From: Perkinsus chesapeaki ATCC PRA-425
Lineage: Eukaryota > Protista > Perkinsozoa
DNA length: 57,885 nt
Reading direction: 5' to 3'
Assembly: GCA_013115145.1 (NCBI GenBank)
Contig: JAAPAO010000173.1
Span: 1 to 57,885, forward strand
Position 1 is the first letter of the stretch, and each line of letters begins with the position of its first letter. Of the stretch, positions 12,931-24,032 are shown one piece after another. Made by a program: the position numbers and the translations under genes. The notes beneath the pieces are model-generated. The model saw only the letters and a list, made by a program, of their open reading frames with translations. It ran no database searches and was not told the DNA's origin.

Positions 12931-14367
12931 ATGTTCCGAGCTGCTATCGTCGGAAGCCTCCTCTGTGCCATTACACACTGCGCTGAACCCAATATGGCGC
13001 ACGCGGTTAAGGTCGAAGGTGTGGAGGTTGAGCTACGTCGACCCTCTCAGAGAGACTCCAAAGATGTTGTGAAAACTGCCGGTGAGGATGAACCCAAAAA
13101 GAGCAAGAAGAAGAGCTGGTGGAAGACCTTGACAAGAACCAAGCGCTCGTCCGAAAGCAGCCTTCTCAATTCCAAACGTTCTCCTGGTAAATCTGATGGC
13201 CGCAATGCTCACAGCGAGGGCTCGCACGTCTTCCGGGTGATTGGGACTTGGGGTGATGAATCTTTTATGGAATCAAAGAGAAGGTCGAGCTTCTCTAACT
13301 TGGCCAACCGCTGGAGTCATGGTGACACTTTGCCGAGACGCTCTTCTGGCAGCAAAGGAGACAGTCTTTTGAAAAGTATCTTTCAGAAGAAGAAGAAAAC
13401 CGCAGGTGTTACAGATCTGGATCTCTCTGCCTCTTTTGGGATGTGGCCGACTGACTCCAAGGACACACCATCTAGCCCTATCTCGCCTGGAACTCTGAGC
13501 ACTGATGAATTCTTCGGGAAAGCACTAGATGCATACAAACTAGCTCCTGTTACCAATGGTTCATCCGCCACCCACTCGAATCCGTCACCCGCAAGCAAGC
13601 CTGCTGATCCTGTAGAAGATGTGTTCTGCAATTATGCTGTTATGCACCCAGATGCGTTGTGCCTTTACAAGCAACGAGGTTCTGACACTTTCACTGATAT
13701 TTTTCATCACAATTTCATGACCAAAGAGACCAAAACCTGTCCGACTTTCACTTTTACACCACCGGAGCTGTCTGGCAAAGATTTTGGTAGGAAGGAAATC
13801 TCTCGGGCCTGGAAGAACGCACTGGCCCATGTCAAGAAAGCTCGTTGGCAGGACACAGCTGTACAAACCGATCTGATGAAGTTCTCCCACGTCATTATAG
13901 GGACCTGCGACATCGCCTTCCCGAAAGATTTGAAGACAGATATTTCGGCTCTCGTCGTTCAACCCGAACATAAAGGCAAGCTTACTCTCGCCTTCTTCAC
14001 TGAGCCAGAGCAGCCCCAAGTGGGAGTCGAGTTCACCATGGTCGAGCCTGAGAGGCACTCAAGTACGACAAGAACATATTACAGCTATGAGCCAAACTTC
14101 ACCATTTCGATGATTAGAGCCGGCGTGGAGCCCAGGGCAAAGGTGACTGTCAACAACGTGACCGTATTCTCAGCCGGTATCAGTCCGTATGGTACTCCGA
14201 CACCTCAGATAATCAAAGACAAAGTCAGCCAGACTCCACAGGGACAGTTTTTCTTTTTTTATCATAAAAGACTATCCGAAGATCCCTTTGCAATGATGAA
14301 GTACCAAGGCAAGTCTGCCATATTGCATTACTTAGACTCCAAATTGCAGTTAGAGACAACGTTGTGA
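12931..14367 (+). CDS. Secreted lineage-specific protein, paralogue 2 (478 aa, single exon)
   Basis: Signal-peptide-like MFRAAIVGSLLCAITHCA, a Ser/Lys-rich low-complexity linker, then the domain shared with 8349-9503. Confidence 0.85.
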   Translation: MFRAAIVGSLLCAITHCAEPNMAHAVKVEGVEVELRRPSQRDSKDVVKTAGEDEPKKSKKKSWWKTLTRTKRSSESSLLNSKRSPGKSDGRNAHSEGSHVFRVIGTWGDESFMESKRRSSFSNLANRWSHGDTLPRRSSGSKGDSLLKSIFQKKKKTAGVTDLDLSASFGMWPTDSKDTPSSPISPGTLSTDEFFGKALDAYKLAPVTNGSSATHSNPSPASKPADPVEDVFCNYAVMHPDALCLYKQRGSDTFTDIFHHNFMTKETKTCPTFTFTPPELSGKDFGRKEISRAWKNALAHVKKARWQDTAVQTDLMKFSHVIIGTCDIAFPKDLKTDISALVVQPEHKGKLTLAFFTEPEQPQVGVEFTMVEPERHSSTTRTYYSYEPNFTISMIRAGVEPRAKVTVNNVTVFSAGISPYGTPTPQIIKDKVSQTPQGQFFFFYHKRLSEDPFAMMKYQGKSAILHYLDSKLQLETTL

Positions 14368-15335
14368 TGTATATATACCTAGATGCTATTATCAATGTTG
14401 TTGTTGTTAAATAAGCCAGCGCGATGTAGTTGAGTTAGAGAAGTGTGATTCGCGTAATGTCATTCGGGTTGGATGCGGCTGTTTTGCGGTTATTGATTGC
14501 GGACCGAAAGCTCCTTACGTAGAATGACTGAAAAGAGCTGCAATTGTTGCACATATATATTGTAAAATGACTTCAGCCGATTAAAAATGGCAAGATTCCC
14601 TCTGTTATATCGCTACATATGGCGATACTATCACAACCGCTGATAAGTCCACAAGTTGTGGACCACAACCTTACGAAACACATTTCAATTGCTATTTTCA
14701 ACGCTTTCAAAGCTCTTTGTACAGTAAGTGTCCAAAGTATTGCGCGATGCGAGTTATTCGCAGCGGATAGTGATAACAATGGGGCCGGTTGCCATGACGG
14801 CCGGCTTCGACTATCTGTAAGGGTGAAAGTACTCCTCCAGGGCAGGAGGCAGGTTTCACAGAGGATTAGCATTACACGAGTGTAGCTTACTGATGTGAAA
14901 CCTTTTTTTTACATTTTTGGGAGCCTCCTGAATGGCAAGCAAAATAACTTCACAGAGGTCTAGTAGAAGTAACCGGAGATCATCTTAACCCAAAAACAGA
15001 TAGAAGGTTTTGGAGGTTTTTCCGGTACCACCGCTATATTATAGCGTGTTGAGGTCTCTTACCGAGGACGGCGTGCAAAGCGGTTCTCTGGAAAAATGTC
15101 GTGTACACCTTTTCAACGCTTATTTTGACAGGCAAGCAAAATTTACGCTAAATTTTTTTAAAATGGTCTCTAATAACGATCAACACATGATACAAGTTGT
15201 ATCATACAACAATCACGTTCTTCTCCTCAAAGGCTACTGGCTTGGAAGTATGTGTCGAAGTTGAAGTTCCTATATGCGAAGTTGTATTTCGAGTCCAAGA
15301 GATGAAGCTTGGGGTGCCGCATCTTGCGAGCCGTT

Positions 15336-15378
15336 GTTTTGGTAGTTGTACACAGGGCCTGTGTACAACTACCAAAAC
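15336..15378. other. Perfect 20-bp inverted repeat with 3-nt loop
   Basis: GTTTTGGTAGTTGTACACAG-GGC-CTGTGTACAACTACCAAAAC. Confidence 0.9.
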
Positions 15379-15460
15379 CAAAGCCTGTGTCACAAGCCCT
15401 TGGTTGCGTAAATGAATTCTGCTATGAGACTCCTAGTAGGAGTAGTAGTAGATTCTTCTG

Positions 15461-15574
15461 GGTGAACCATCCAGTGACAAAAGCAGTGCAGGTATTGAAC
15501 TCTTCCGGCAGTCGGACATAGAGGGGATAATCTAACTAAGCCTTTTTGCGTTGGACTATAAACTCAAACACACA
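15461..15574 (+). repeat. Dispersed CA-tailed repeat, copy 2
   Basis: GGTGAACCATCCAGTGAC..CAGTGCAGGTATTGAACTC..TCTAACTAAGCC..GCGTTGGACTATAAACTCAAACACAC. Confidence 0.8.
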
Positions 15575-16378
15575 ACATTAGTGAAGAACAGGGAGTCGTG
15601 GATGCATCTCTCTCTGCGATTTTTCACCTGCACATCGGGAAGATCTTCCGGCCTCGAACGCGGGAAGAGCCAAATCTTCTAGGTGTCACATTTCCGTGAG
15701 GTTAGATGATTCCCTGATAACGCACTCTACTCTTAGCAAACAGTGTGGCCACTGTTTTTTCAGCAGAGTGCGATCAGTGCGTTTGAGAGAAGACATTCTC
15801 GGAAGTTTTACCTTTTTGGATACTTAAAGCTCACCAGTTTTATATTGCTGGTAGTGAGACATTATTTTGTCCTGGTGCCTTTGTGGAAGCAAGATCAACG
15901 AATCATAAGCTACCAGTACAATACAGCTCCATGTGTGTAGAAGGTCTTGAACAATTACAATAATCCTATTATAGTGAACGATGTAACAGAGACAAAGAGA
16001 CCTGAACTTGGGGTACTTACATTACTAATGATATGACCAATTACTATCACCTGTGATAGAGTAGAAGACAAAAAACTCGGTAAAAGTTAGTTATACCTTC
16101 ACAGTAAAGGGCAATGAAGGGGTGGGCAAAGAGAGAAACAATGGCTTAGAAAATAGAAGTCTGCCAGCACGGTTCACTACTAGGAGGCAGCTCCAGTTCA
16201 GAACATACTAGCCGATAATCCTTGAGACGAGTAGATTATCGTTCTACTGTAGGAAAACAGACCGATAGTTAGCGCTCGAAGGCAACGTTAGTAGTCCAAG
16301 ATTTTCAACTCTGCTTCGCCCGCCTGCCCAATTCCATCCGAATCGGGCTAAATCGATTCCTGCTATTATTTAATCGGA

Positions 16379-17275
16379 ATGAAGACCCTCACTCCTTTTC
16401 TGGTGATTTTCGCTCGAGCTTTCGGCAGCTCCGTGGACGAGGAAGTCAATATGAGACCTAAGAGGGGCCGCGGTGGAGGCAGCAAAGTTGCATCTGATAT
16501 TTTCGCAGCACCTTACGAGCCTGTTGGAGGTGTAATTCCTGACCTCTATTGCAGCTTTAATGACCAAGACGAAGCCTTGTGTGCCACGAAGGAACGTTTC
16601 GGCGATGTCGAAAGTCTGACAGCCTTCAATATCAGTGAAGGTGCTGCCCAAAGTCAGGTCATTGGCGTTACTACGTACCCTCCTATTGGCGGGGTTGAGA
16701 AGAAAAAGACCTTGGGAAGGAGAGCTTTTGGAAAAATCAAGTCAATGGTAGTTAAAAGTGCCGTCCCCAAAACTGGCAAGGAGCCTCCACTCAAGAAACA
16801 TGACGTGAAGCCAGAAAAACGTATCGCGGTTAGCGGTCTCACCGAGATTGATATCTCGAAGGCGGCGACATTCACTTCCACCAACCCGAGTCATCATCTT
16901 GACTTCACTTTTGTCGACAAGTCGAATGATCACAAGACGTATGTGCTCGATCGCGTGGAAGAGGTTGGCTTTATAGACGTGTTCGAAGCTTATAATAAGC
17001 GAAGTCAGTTTAAATTCGGAAGCGCCCAGCCGAATGTGATTCTCGAGTATGACGGCAGGTTGAGTATGAGACGAGATGGCAACCTTATAGAAATTATGGA
17101 AGATCGAGTAATTGCTAATAGGTATTTCTGGACATTACCCAGCAATAAGGATAGCACGTGGCAAGATTTTGCCAAGTTCTATTACGGATTTTTTTTCAAG
17201 CTCCCCTCAGGAAGATACGCCTTCTACGCTGAAGATTGCATTTTACGTGGTCCACCATTAGTGACGGAGGTGTAA
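16379..17275 (+). CDS. Secreted lineage-specific protein, divergent paralogue 3 (298 aa)
   Basis: Signal-peptide-like MKTLTPFLVIFARAFG. LYCSFNDQDEALCATKERFGD matches the family motif VFCNY..DALCLYKQRGSD. Confidence 0.75.
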   Translation: MKTLTPFLVIFARAFGSSVDEEVNMRPKRGRGGGSKVASDIFAAPYEPVGGVIPDLYCSFNDQDEALCATKERFGDVESLTAFNISEGAAQSQVIGVTTYPPIGGVEKKKTLGRRAFGKIKSMVVKSAVPKTGKEPPLKKHDVKPEKRIAVSGLTEIDISKAATFTSTNPSHHLDFTFVDKSNDHKTYVLDRVEEVGFIDVFEAYNKRSQFKFGSAQPNVILEYDGRLSMRRDGNLIEIMEDRVIANRYFWTLPSNKDSTWQDFAKFYYGFFFKLPSGRYAFYAEDCILRGPPLVTEV

Positions 17276-18308
17276 GGAAATGAGAAGTGTGAATGGCAGA
17301 CAGTGAAGATCTCTCAGCAGTGTGCTGTACATTGCTATCAAGATTTATTGTTGTTCGTGCTGTTGTTGTACTCCTTAAGTGTTGAGTTTGCTAGTTCATA
17401 ATAGGAATCTTTTAGATCCCTGAATGAGAGAAAATAGGGTCTTCCTTTATCATTATATACAAGACGGATGGGGACCAGTATTATCCTTTATCTTGCTTGT
17501 GAGAAATCGATCAGTGAAGCGTCCGCTTGGCTAGAAGCCAATGGCTACTCCCTTATCAAAAGAAACGAAACTTGTCCGGTACGTGAATCCGCACTCAACG
17601 ATAGAGCTCAAAAAGACACACAAAATATAACTCAATACTCAGATACTCAGGTCAATCAGTGGATCGTAATTGTGTCGAGTATGGCTTGTTCTTCGCTGAT
17701 AATAAGGCATCGTACAGCTACTCTATATCTAGCTAGCTCACTCACGTAGGGGGGCCTACGAAGTCTGCTAACGCAACGGCGGATCATACGGTTTTTCTAT
17801 GCTTGAACGGAGCCTGGCTCCGGGAGCCATGGAAATGAAAAGGCTCTTTGTAGACGGGAATCATCAGAAAGCCATTGAATCCATTTATATCTTTGTCGAG
17901 CCACATAACCGGCTAGTCTTCCGACCGTTTCCAACTATCACCGATCGATCGAAGCTTCTAGACAAATGATTGTCATGCCTTCAAGCTATTTTGCACTTAT
18001 CCTGTTTCTGAGCCTCGCGCCTTTTTAAGCTCCTTGTCTTCCCGCCAAACGGGCTCCTTACGATCTTTGTGTGAACCGCAAAATACCACGAGACATTCAC
18101 AATGCCTATCTGGAATGTGTGTCAGAATGCGTTGCATAGTCGAACCAGCGCGGCAACCGTTGCACTGAGCTTTCGCAGTTGGAAGCGCCATACGAATAGG
18201 CGGGCTATGGGAGGCCACGCACCGTTTCCCGGCGGGATATTACCGCGCCACGAGAAGCGTCGCCATCGGACCAGTTTCCATCTGGCAGATTTTCTTTAGT
18301 ATAGCATC

Positions 18309-19069
18309 ATGGTGGTGTTCAAAACTGGGTTACTATCAAGTCTTGCAGCCGCCCTGCAACCTGGGAAATACTGCTACCAGCAATTGGTGTCTAAAACTGG
18401 TCCGGTGAGTTGGTACGACTGTGTAATGCTAGATTATGCTTCCTCTACTAACGCCTCGATGTCTTACACTTATTTCGGCAAGGATTGGTACGATATATAT
18501 TATGACGATGTCAGCTTCCAAGGAGATAAGGTCATCTTAAAGCGTCTCGGTAAAGTCGAAGGACCCGAGCTGTATCCATATTTTGACGTTGGTTTCGATC
18601 TCAAAGTCAACGCCGCTAGTGAAGTACATATGGTGGGTAAAAACGGCAAGTACGATTACAAGCTTACAACTGATGCCTGTAGAAACAGCCCAAGAGGGAT
18701 GCACAGAGTGGTATGTCCTGCGCCTTCGCTCGGAAGAGAGTTTGCTTGAGGGGCATGTATTCGGCTACGAACCGTCCGGACGGTCGCGGTATGTATTTGT
18801 CTCTTTACCCCACCTCGAAACGTAGTATGGTTGTGGCTTTCAATTCGAATCATCAAACTTTCACTCTGGCCTATAATGATCTCACGTTATCTCCCAGGAG
18901 GGAACAGGAAGGTGAAGTTATCGTACTGACAAGCCCTTACAAGAAGTATTGTGATAACTACTTCAATATAACCGCCAAGTATGTCTATGACAAATGGAAC
19001 GATGTGGTGTATTTCATTCCAAGGGATGAATCTAGTCCCAAACTCAAGTTGAACCATAGGCGTCCTTGA
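18309..19069 (+). CDS. Secreted beta-rich protein split over two frames (short intron or frameshift near 18711-18750)
   Basis: Signal-like MVVFKTGLLSSLAAA followed by LQPGKYC. The second frame continues VCLRGMYSAT..KLKLNHRRP. GTATGT at 18711 and GGAAG at 18736 would give an in-frame 26-nt intron. Confidence 0.6.
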
Positions 19070-20425
19070 CCGTTCAATGGACTATTCAGTCCACCTCAGT
19101 TGGATATTGAAGTGCATCATCATGTGATCGATTCTGTGGCTAAAATACTTTCATTTGACAAGTCAAAGCGTTTACTCATGGTTATCATTTTTTGGGGAAT
19201 AGAGAATTCCTCGCCAGTCTTTCTCTTTTACCGAATCTCAGTGTCGGTTGGTCGACGTCTTCGTATTATTTTCATCGTTAAGGTCGGTATATCACCCGTT
19301 TGAAGAGATTAATGATAGATTGAGTTCTGATACACTATTGGTAATACTTCTTGTTCAACATTTAGAGACTAATGCCTGCTCCATGCAATATCGAGACCAA
19401 GGCATGATGACACTTGAACTTTATAATAGCATCACTCCAGGCATGGCGATGAACGCCGGACAAGAACTCGTCAGTATAGTTACATCAATGATTGTAACGC
19501 CGAGCACTGTTGATGGTGTAACAGTACGCAAACTCTAAGTTTAAGAGTATCTGGAAAAGTATAACCTAAGATTGTCCCTTGTAGGCTACAGATAATCGAC
19601 TACTTTAGGTAGCGTAATCTATAAGTAAGTATTACACAATACTGTTGTCCATAGTGGGGCACAAATACTGTCTCCACAATGGAAAGTGAGTTTACATATT
19701 TATAAAATTGACCTAGCTCATTTCCTTTCTTGTTCACACCGCTATTAAAAGAAGGTGATATTATTCTGTGAGGATCAGCAATTGGCTGATTACGTATATC
19801 TAGGGTGTATACTTCACACCAACCGCGTGACCTTGCTTAGTATGATTCTGTATTGAAGAAGGCGGCGCTCTTGCGTTGCACTACTAGCTTCACGAGCGTT
19901 TGGCCGAATTTGATAAGTCTGGCAGAAGTGCGCTGTATCAACTGTATGTTAACTCGACAATATGTTGGAGCACAATTGACACTTAGTTGCATGAATACTT
20001 ACTCAGAAATCAACTTGGTGTGCTAGTGGGACACGATATGGAGTTGAATGCAAAGCTGTCGGCAGATATCTGATGAAAGCAAATCAACTTTCACGATATG
20101 CGAGCACCCTCGAAGAGAGGAGATGTCAGCTTTCCTGGGCCTCAAGTATTCATTCATTTTTCCACAATGCTGAAGAAGACTCACCTCCCATCAGCGCAAT
20201 AGCGCGCTGCCTGTCAATGTTTCCTCCCAAGCATTTGTCATCTAGAACCAGCCAACAATCCTCGGGCCTATCGAACTCGATGGCTGCCAACGTCCACATA
20301 ACTTCAATGATATCGGGGGACTGCTCTCCTGCTCTTGAAGCATACCTGATGAGCATCATAGAGACCTCGGCAGCTCAGAAATGAGATATGGGAATACCAA
20401 GTATCATGCTCGCAAGGAGATCTGC

Positions 20426-20531
20426 GTGTGTGTGAGTTGATAGTACAACGCCAAAAATGGCTTAGTTAGACTATCCGTTCTATGTGCAACTGCTGCCGGA
20501 GGAGTTTAATACCTGCACTGTATGGTTCACC
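20426..20531 (-). repeat. Dispersed CA-tailed repeat, copy 3 (inverted)
   Basis: Reverse complement reads GGTGAACCATACAGTGCAGGTATTAAACTC..GCACATAGAACGGATAGTCTAACTAAGCC..GGCGTTGTACTATCAACTCACACACAC. Confidence 0.8.
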
Positions 20532-21241
20532 CATACGAGGAGATCTGCACTACCCTTAAATGAAAGGATGCAAGGCTTTTTCATTTTCCTGGGATATTTA
20601 TACAGTTTCGATAGGTAGTATTCTATTATATGATCACGAAATCCCTTAATTTTCCGATAAGGTGGTATATTAATAAAGCCCGGCCGTTGGAGGTCTGCTA
20701 ACCTTACCAAATGTCAACGTCCCCAACAACATCATCCATCAATATCTCAATGCCTTCCAGTGCAGCTCTGAGCCCATCTGGATGAGCCACTATAACCTAA
20801 AAAACACGAAGGAACACCATGGACCCTCAGTACAAGTGGGAAATACCGCTGACACTTTTTGGGTTCTTCGGAAAAGTCCGAGTTTTACTTGCCAACGTAG
20901 CGTCTGAGTCTTACCATCTTTTCTCCTAGACCGGAAGTCCTCCTCTCGACTAGCATTCGAGCTAGCTCATGGATGCCGGAGAACCGCATCGTTAATAAAA
21001 CGGAAGACGAACTATTTCAATCCCCGGACTCCTCCTATCACACAATCCATCCCGTGCCTGGAACCGGTCGGGCATTAGTTGTCGTTGATGTTTTGCAGCA
21101 TTAAGCAGATAACTCAACCAATAGTGGGTCAGTTATCGGCTTATAAGTGGTAGTTAACCTTGAGCTCCGGCTCGTACGGTATGCATCGGTATCAGTCTGC
21201 TCGCTCACTCCGATCGTCTAACCTTTTTAGGTGTATAATAA

Positions 21242-21345
21242 TGTGTGTCTATAGTCCAACGCCAAGAACCGCCGGTCGGCAGAAGCATCCGTTCTATGTG
21301 CAACTGCCGAGAGGGATTACCACTTAGACTTCGCTTGTCACTGTA
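21242..21345 (-). repeat. Dispersed CA-tailed repeat, copy 4 (inverted, more diverged)
   Basis: Reverse complement reads CAGTGAC..CGGCAGTTGCACATAGAACGGAT..TTGGCGTTGGACTATAGACACACA. Confidence 0.7.
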
Positions 21346-22339
21346 TTATGTGACCATTCCCTTTAATATCTCTAGCATTTGATGAGCTATATTTGGCACT
21401 TTTACAACTATCCATAATAACTGCGCAATACTCCTGCGTATATCGAGGCCGTCAGGACACTACACTTGAGGCTTCCCATGCAGGTGATGGTTTAGGTGTA
21501 TAGAGATATGACTGGACAGCTAAGTGTTGCAAACCGTTTCGCATATATACAACGAGGCTCCAGAAGAGAGGGTCTGGCAGTGAAGAGTGTTCCATGGAGC
21601 ACTTCTAGGGAATATCGTACGGAAAGCCTATCGTCATGAAGACGGGAATTCAGTACTGCTGGATCGGCAATGAGAATCTGTGAAGTCAGCCGGAAATGAA
21701 ACCTACAACTCACCCTGCAGAGGTGACATCAACTGGTGAAACGCCGATCGACGCGGGAGGGGGGGAACTAACTAGAAGATGTCGAGAAACAGAATTTGCC
21801 AAGGAGATATCCGTGAAGCTCGAATGTTAACGTGGAAAAAGCTTTGGAAGCATTGTAGGCTTGAGACTCAAACGGTTGAGCACCTCGCTTCTCTCCCGCT
21901 CCCTAATTCGGTGGATGGTCCATGTGCCGCATGCCATCCATGTTTGCACGTTTCTATTCGCGGATAAAGCCCAGCAACAGCAGAGAAGGAGTTCTCGAAC
22001 TCAAAAGTCTCCGTGTCTTTGAATACCACTATGCGGAATAGAGACGGTGCCCCTGCGCTGCAGCTCTCGGGATTAGTTAGCGTGTTTGTCGGTCTCAAGT
22101 TGATGGTCGAGTAGCTACACACATTTCCCTAGCCAAATCAGTCATAGCTCGCTCGCCCGATCAGCTCGAGGATGCTGCCGATTGATAAACCGAGCATGGA
22201 TTCATGATTTCGTATTAATGATCGCTCACTTTATCTTTGAGTGATTCCTCCAACTATTCTTTCAGTTAACTTTTCTCGCTCATAGCTGGAAAGCTATCAT
22301 CAACTTTGTGGTATCCACATTAGCTAATCCCCGCTCACT

Positions 22340-22789
22340 ATGCACATGCCCGCTTTGGTGTGCATCTTATCTCTCATCAATGTCTGGTCTCTGAGCTCTG
22401 CCCTCGATACATATTATCACTACATGACCCACGGGGTGTGTATTGAGGTTTTCTGGCCGTCTCCAGGCATGGTCGTGGATATTATTCGCTGCCGAACAAG
22501 ATACGCCATAGCTGATCCGACATCCAAGCGAATGGAGGTTTCTGGCACCAACCCATACTACATAGCCGAACGAAGTAAAGCGGATTACAATGCTTATGTC
22601 GGAAGCTTCGCGCAGACGTGCAACTTCCCTGGTCCCCTAGAACTATACAAGAAAAGCTTCGGCGAATATATACATGACGGAGTGGTCAACACACTTGCTA
22701 CACTCTTCAATGGTTCATATATTGCTCTGAGGTCTGGCTATTGTGATATGGGATCCTTGGATGATCGATTACAGCAAACTGCACCGTAG
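22340..22789 (+). CDS. Small secreted Cys-containing hypothetical protein (149 aa)
   Basis: Signal-peptide-like MPALVCILSLINVWSLSSA, four Cys in the mature part, protein-like composition, single exon. Confidence 0.7.
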   Translation: MHMPALVCILSLINVWSLSSALDTYYHYMTHGVCIEVFWPSPGMVVDIIRCRTRYAIADPTSKRMEVSGTNPYYIAERSKADYNAYVGSFAQTCNFPGPLELYKKSFGEYIHDGVVNTLATLFNGSYIALRSGYCDMGSLDDRLQQTAP

Positions 22790-24032
22790 TCGCTATTTTC
22801 ATTAGGTCCGCACATGCGCGCTTCGCTAAATCAATCTCGTATATCTGTTGCTGTCGGATGGCCGCTTTTACGACGCTTCAAGTCCTTTATATGAGGTTTA
22901 AGAGATCATTTCTGCCCACATTTCGCATCGTCTGGGCATTTATAGAATCTTTTCGATCAAGTAATATTGTGTCTACCAGTTGGTGAATGCACGGAGAGCA
23001 AGGCGGTGTCAAATCTCCGCTACGGAGACCGTAGTAGGAGTATCTTTGAGTGATCATGGGTCAGAACTAGTGATCCAGTTTCTCTCAAGCTGCAAACTTC
23101 TGTAGACATTTCGCCACTGTTGCCGTAGAAGTGCATGTAATGACCTCCATGGGCGTCTATTCAGAGCAAAAACGTCATATAAAACCATTGCTGACCGGCT
23201 ATCGCACATGTCTAGGCGAGCTTGAATCGTCGCTTTCGTTTCGGGATTAGGAATGCAATGAAAGGAAGAATAACTATATCTTCGTTGCATCAGCCGCCCA
23301 GTGTCATCCATGGGCACCCTCGATTGGGGTCCTACTACATACACTGTATGATACAACGATCGACAAGAAGAAAGGTGGAAATGAAACGAAATATTATTCC
23401 ATTTTCACTGTAGGAGAGTTCCATCAATATGGATCGCTGAGACAGAATTCAAGCGATGCTGTTTTACATTTCGGTCTTCTTGTAGAAAATCGCCGGTTTT
23501 GGAATTCTGCCGAATTCCCCTCACGGAGCCAGTCACTAAAGCGGTATTCTGTGTTGCCTTATCATTCTTCAACCTCACACATCGCTCGAGCCCGACAGAC
23601 AATCATCATCTGAAACGTGCGCCACGGGCCTTTTTTTCGATAAGCAAGGTACCGTCATGCATACCGATACTAAATCCACAAGGCTAGCAATCATACAACC
23701 AAGGGTCGCCCCGTCCGTTCTCAGCCATGGTAGGTTGGCTGAATATCAAAGGCAAACCTTCGCGCCCCTGCCCAATTACAAGGGGTAACCCGAATTAAAG
23801 TGTGAACTCAAGCGGGAATGCAACTAATCTACCGGCAGCCCTCCAACGACTTTGTCTCGCCATGAGCTCTGACTCATATGATACAGTGAAAAATCGATAC
23901 TGGACGGCAAACGAGTTGATCTACCATGGTCGTATCTTAAGAATAGGGGAAGTGACGCATCCATCGATCGCAACGGAAGAATATTTTTATCTGAAAATAC
24001 CGTCTCCTGGAATCGAACTCGCGGCCTTTCGC

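Noticed and set aside
12931-13200. PEXEL/RxLR-type host-targeting motif in the secreted paralogues
   Set aside because: No RxLxE/D/Q or RxLR at a consistent position after the signal peptides.
14573-15521. Short ORFs between paralogues 2 and 3 as genes
   Set aside because: No signal peptide or family motif beyond a chance KALC. The two-strand LVVVHR ORFs arise from the hairpin.
19100-21100. Retroelement pol or other coding remnants
   Set aside because: Short open frames with no RT, RNase H or integrase motif that I can recognise.
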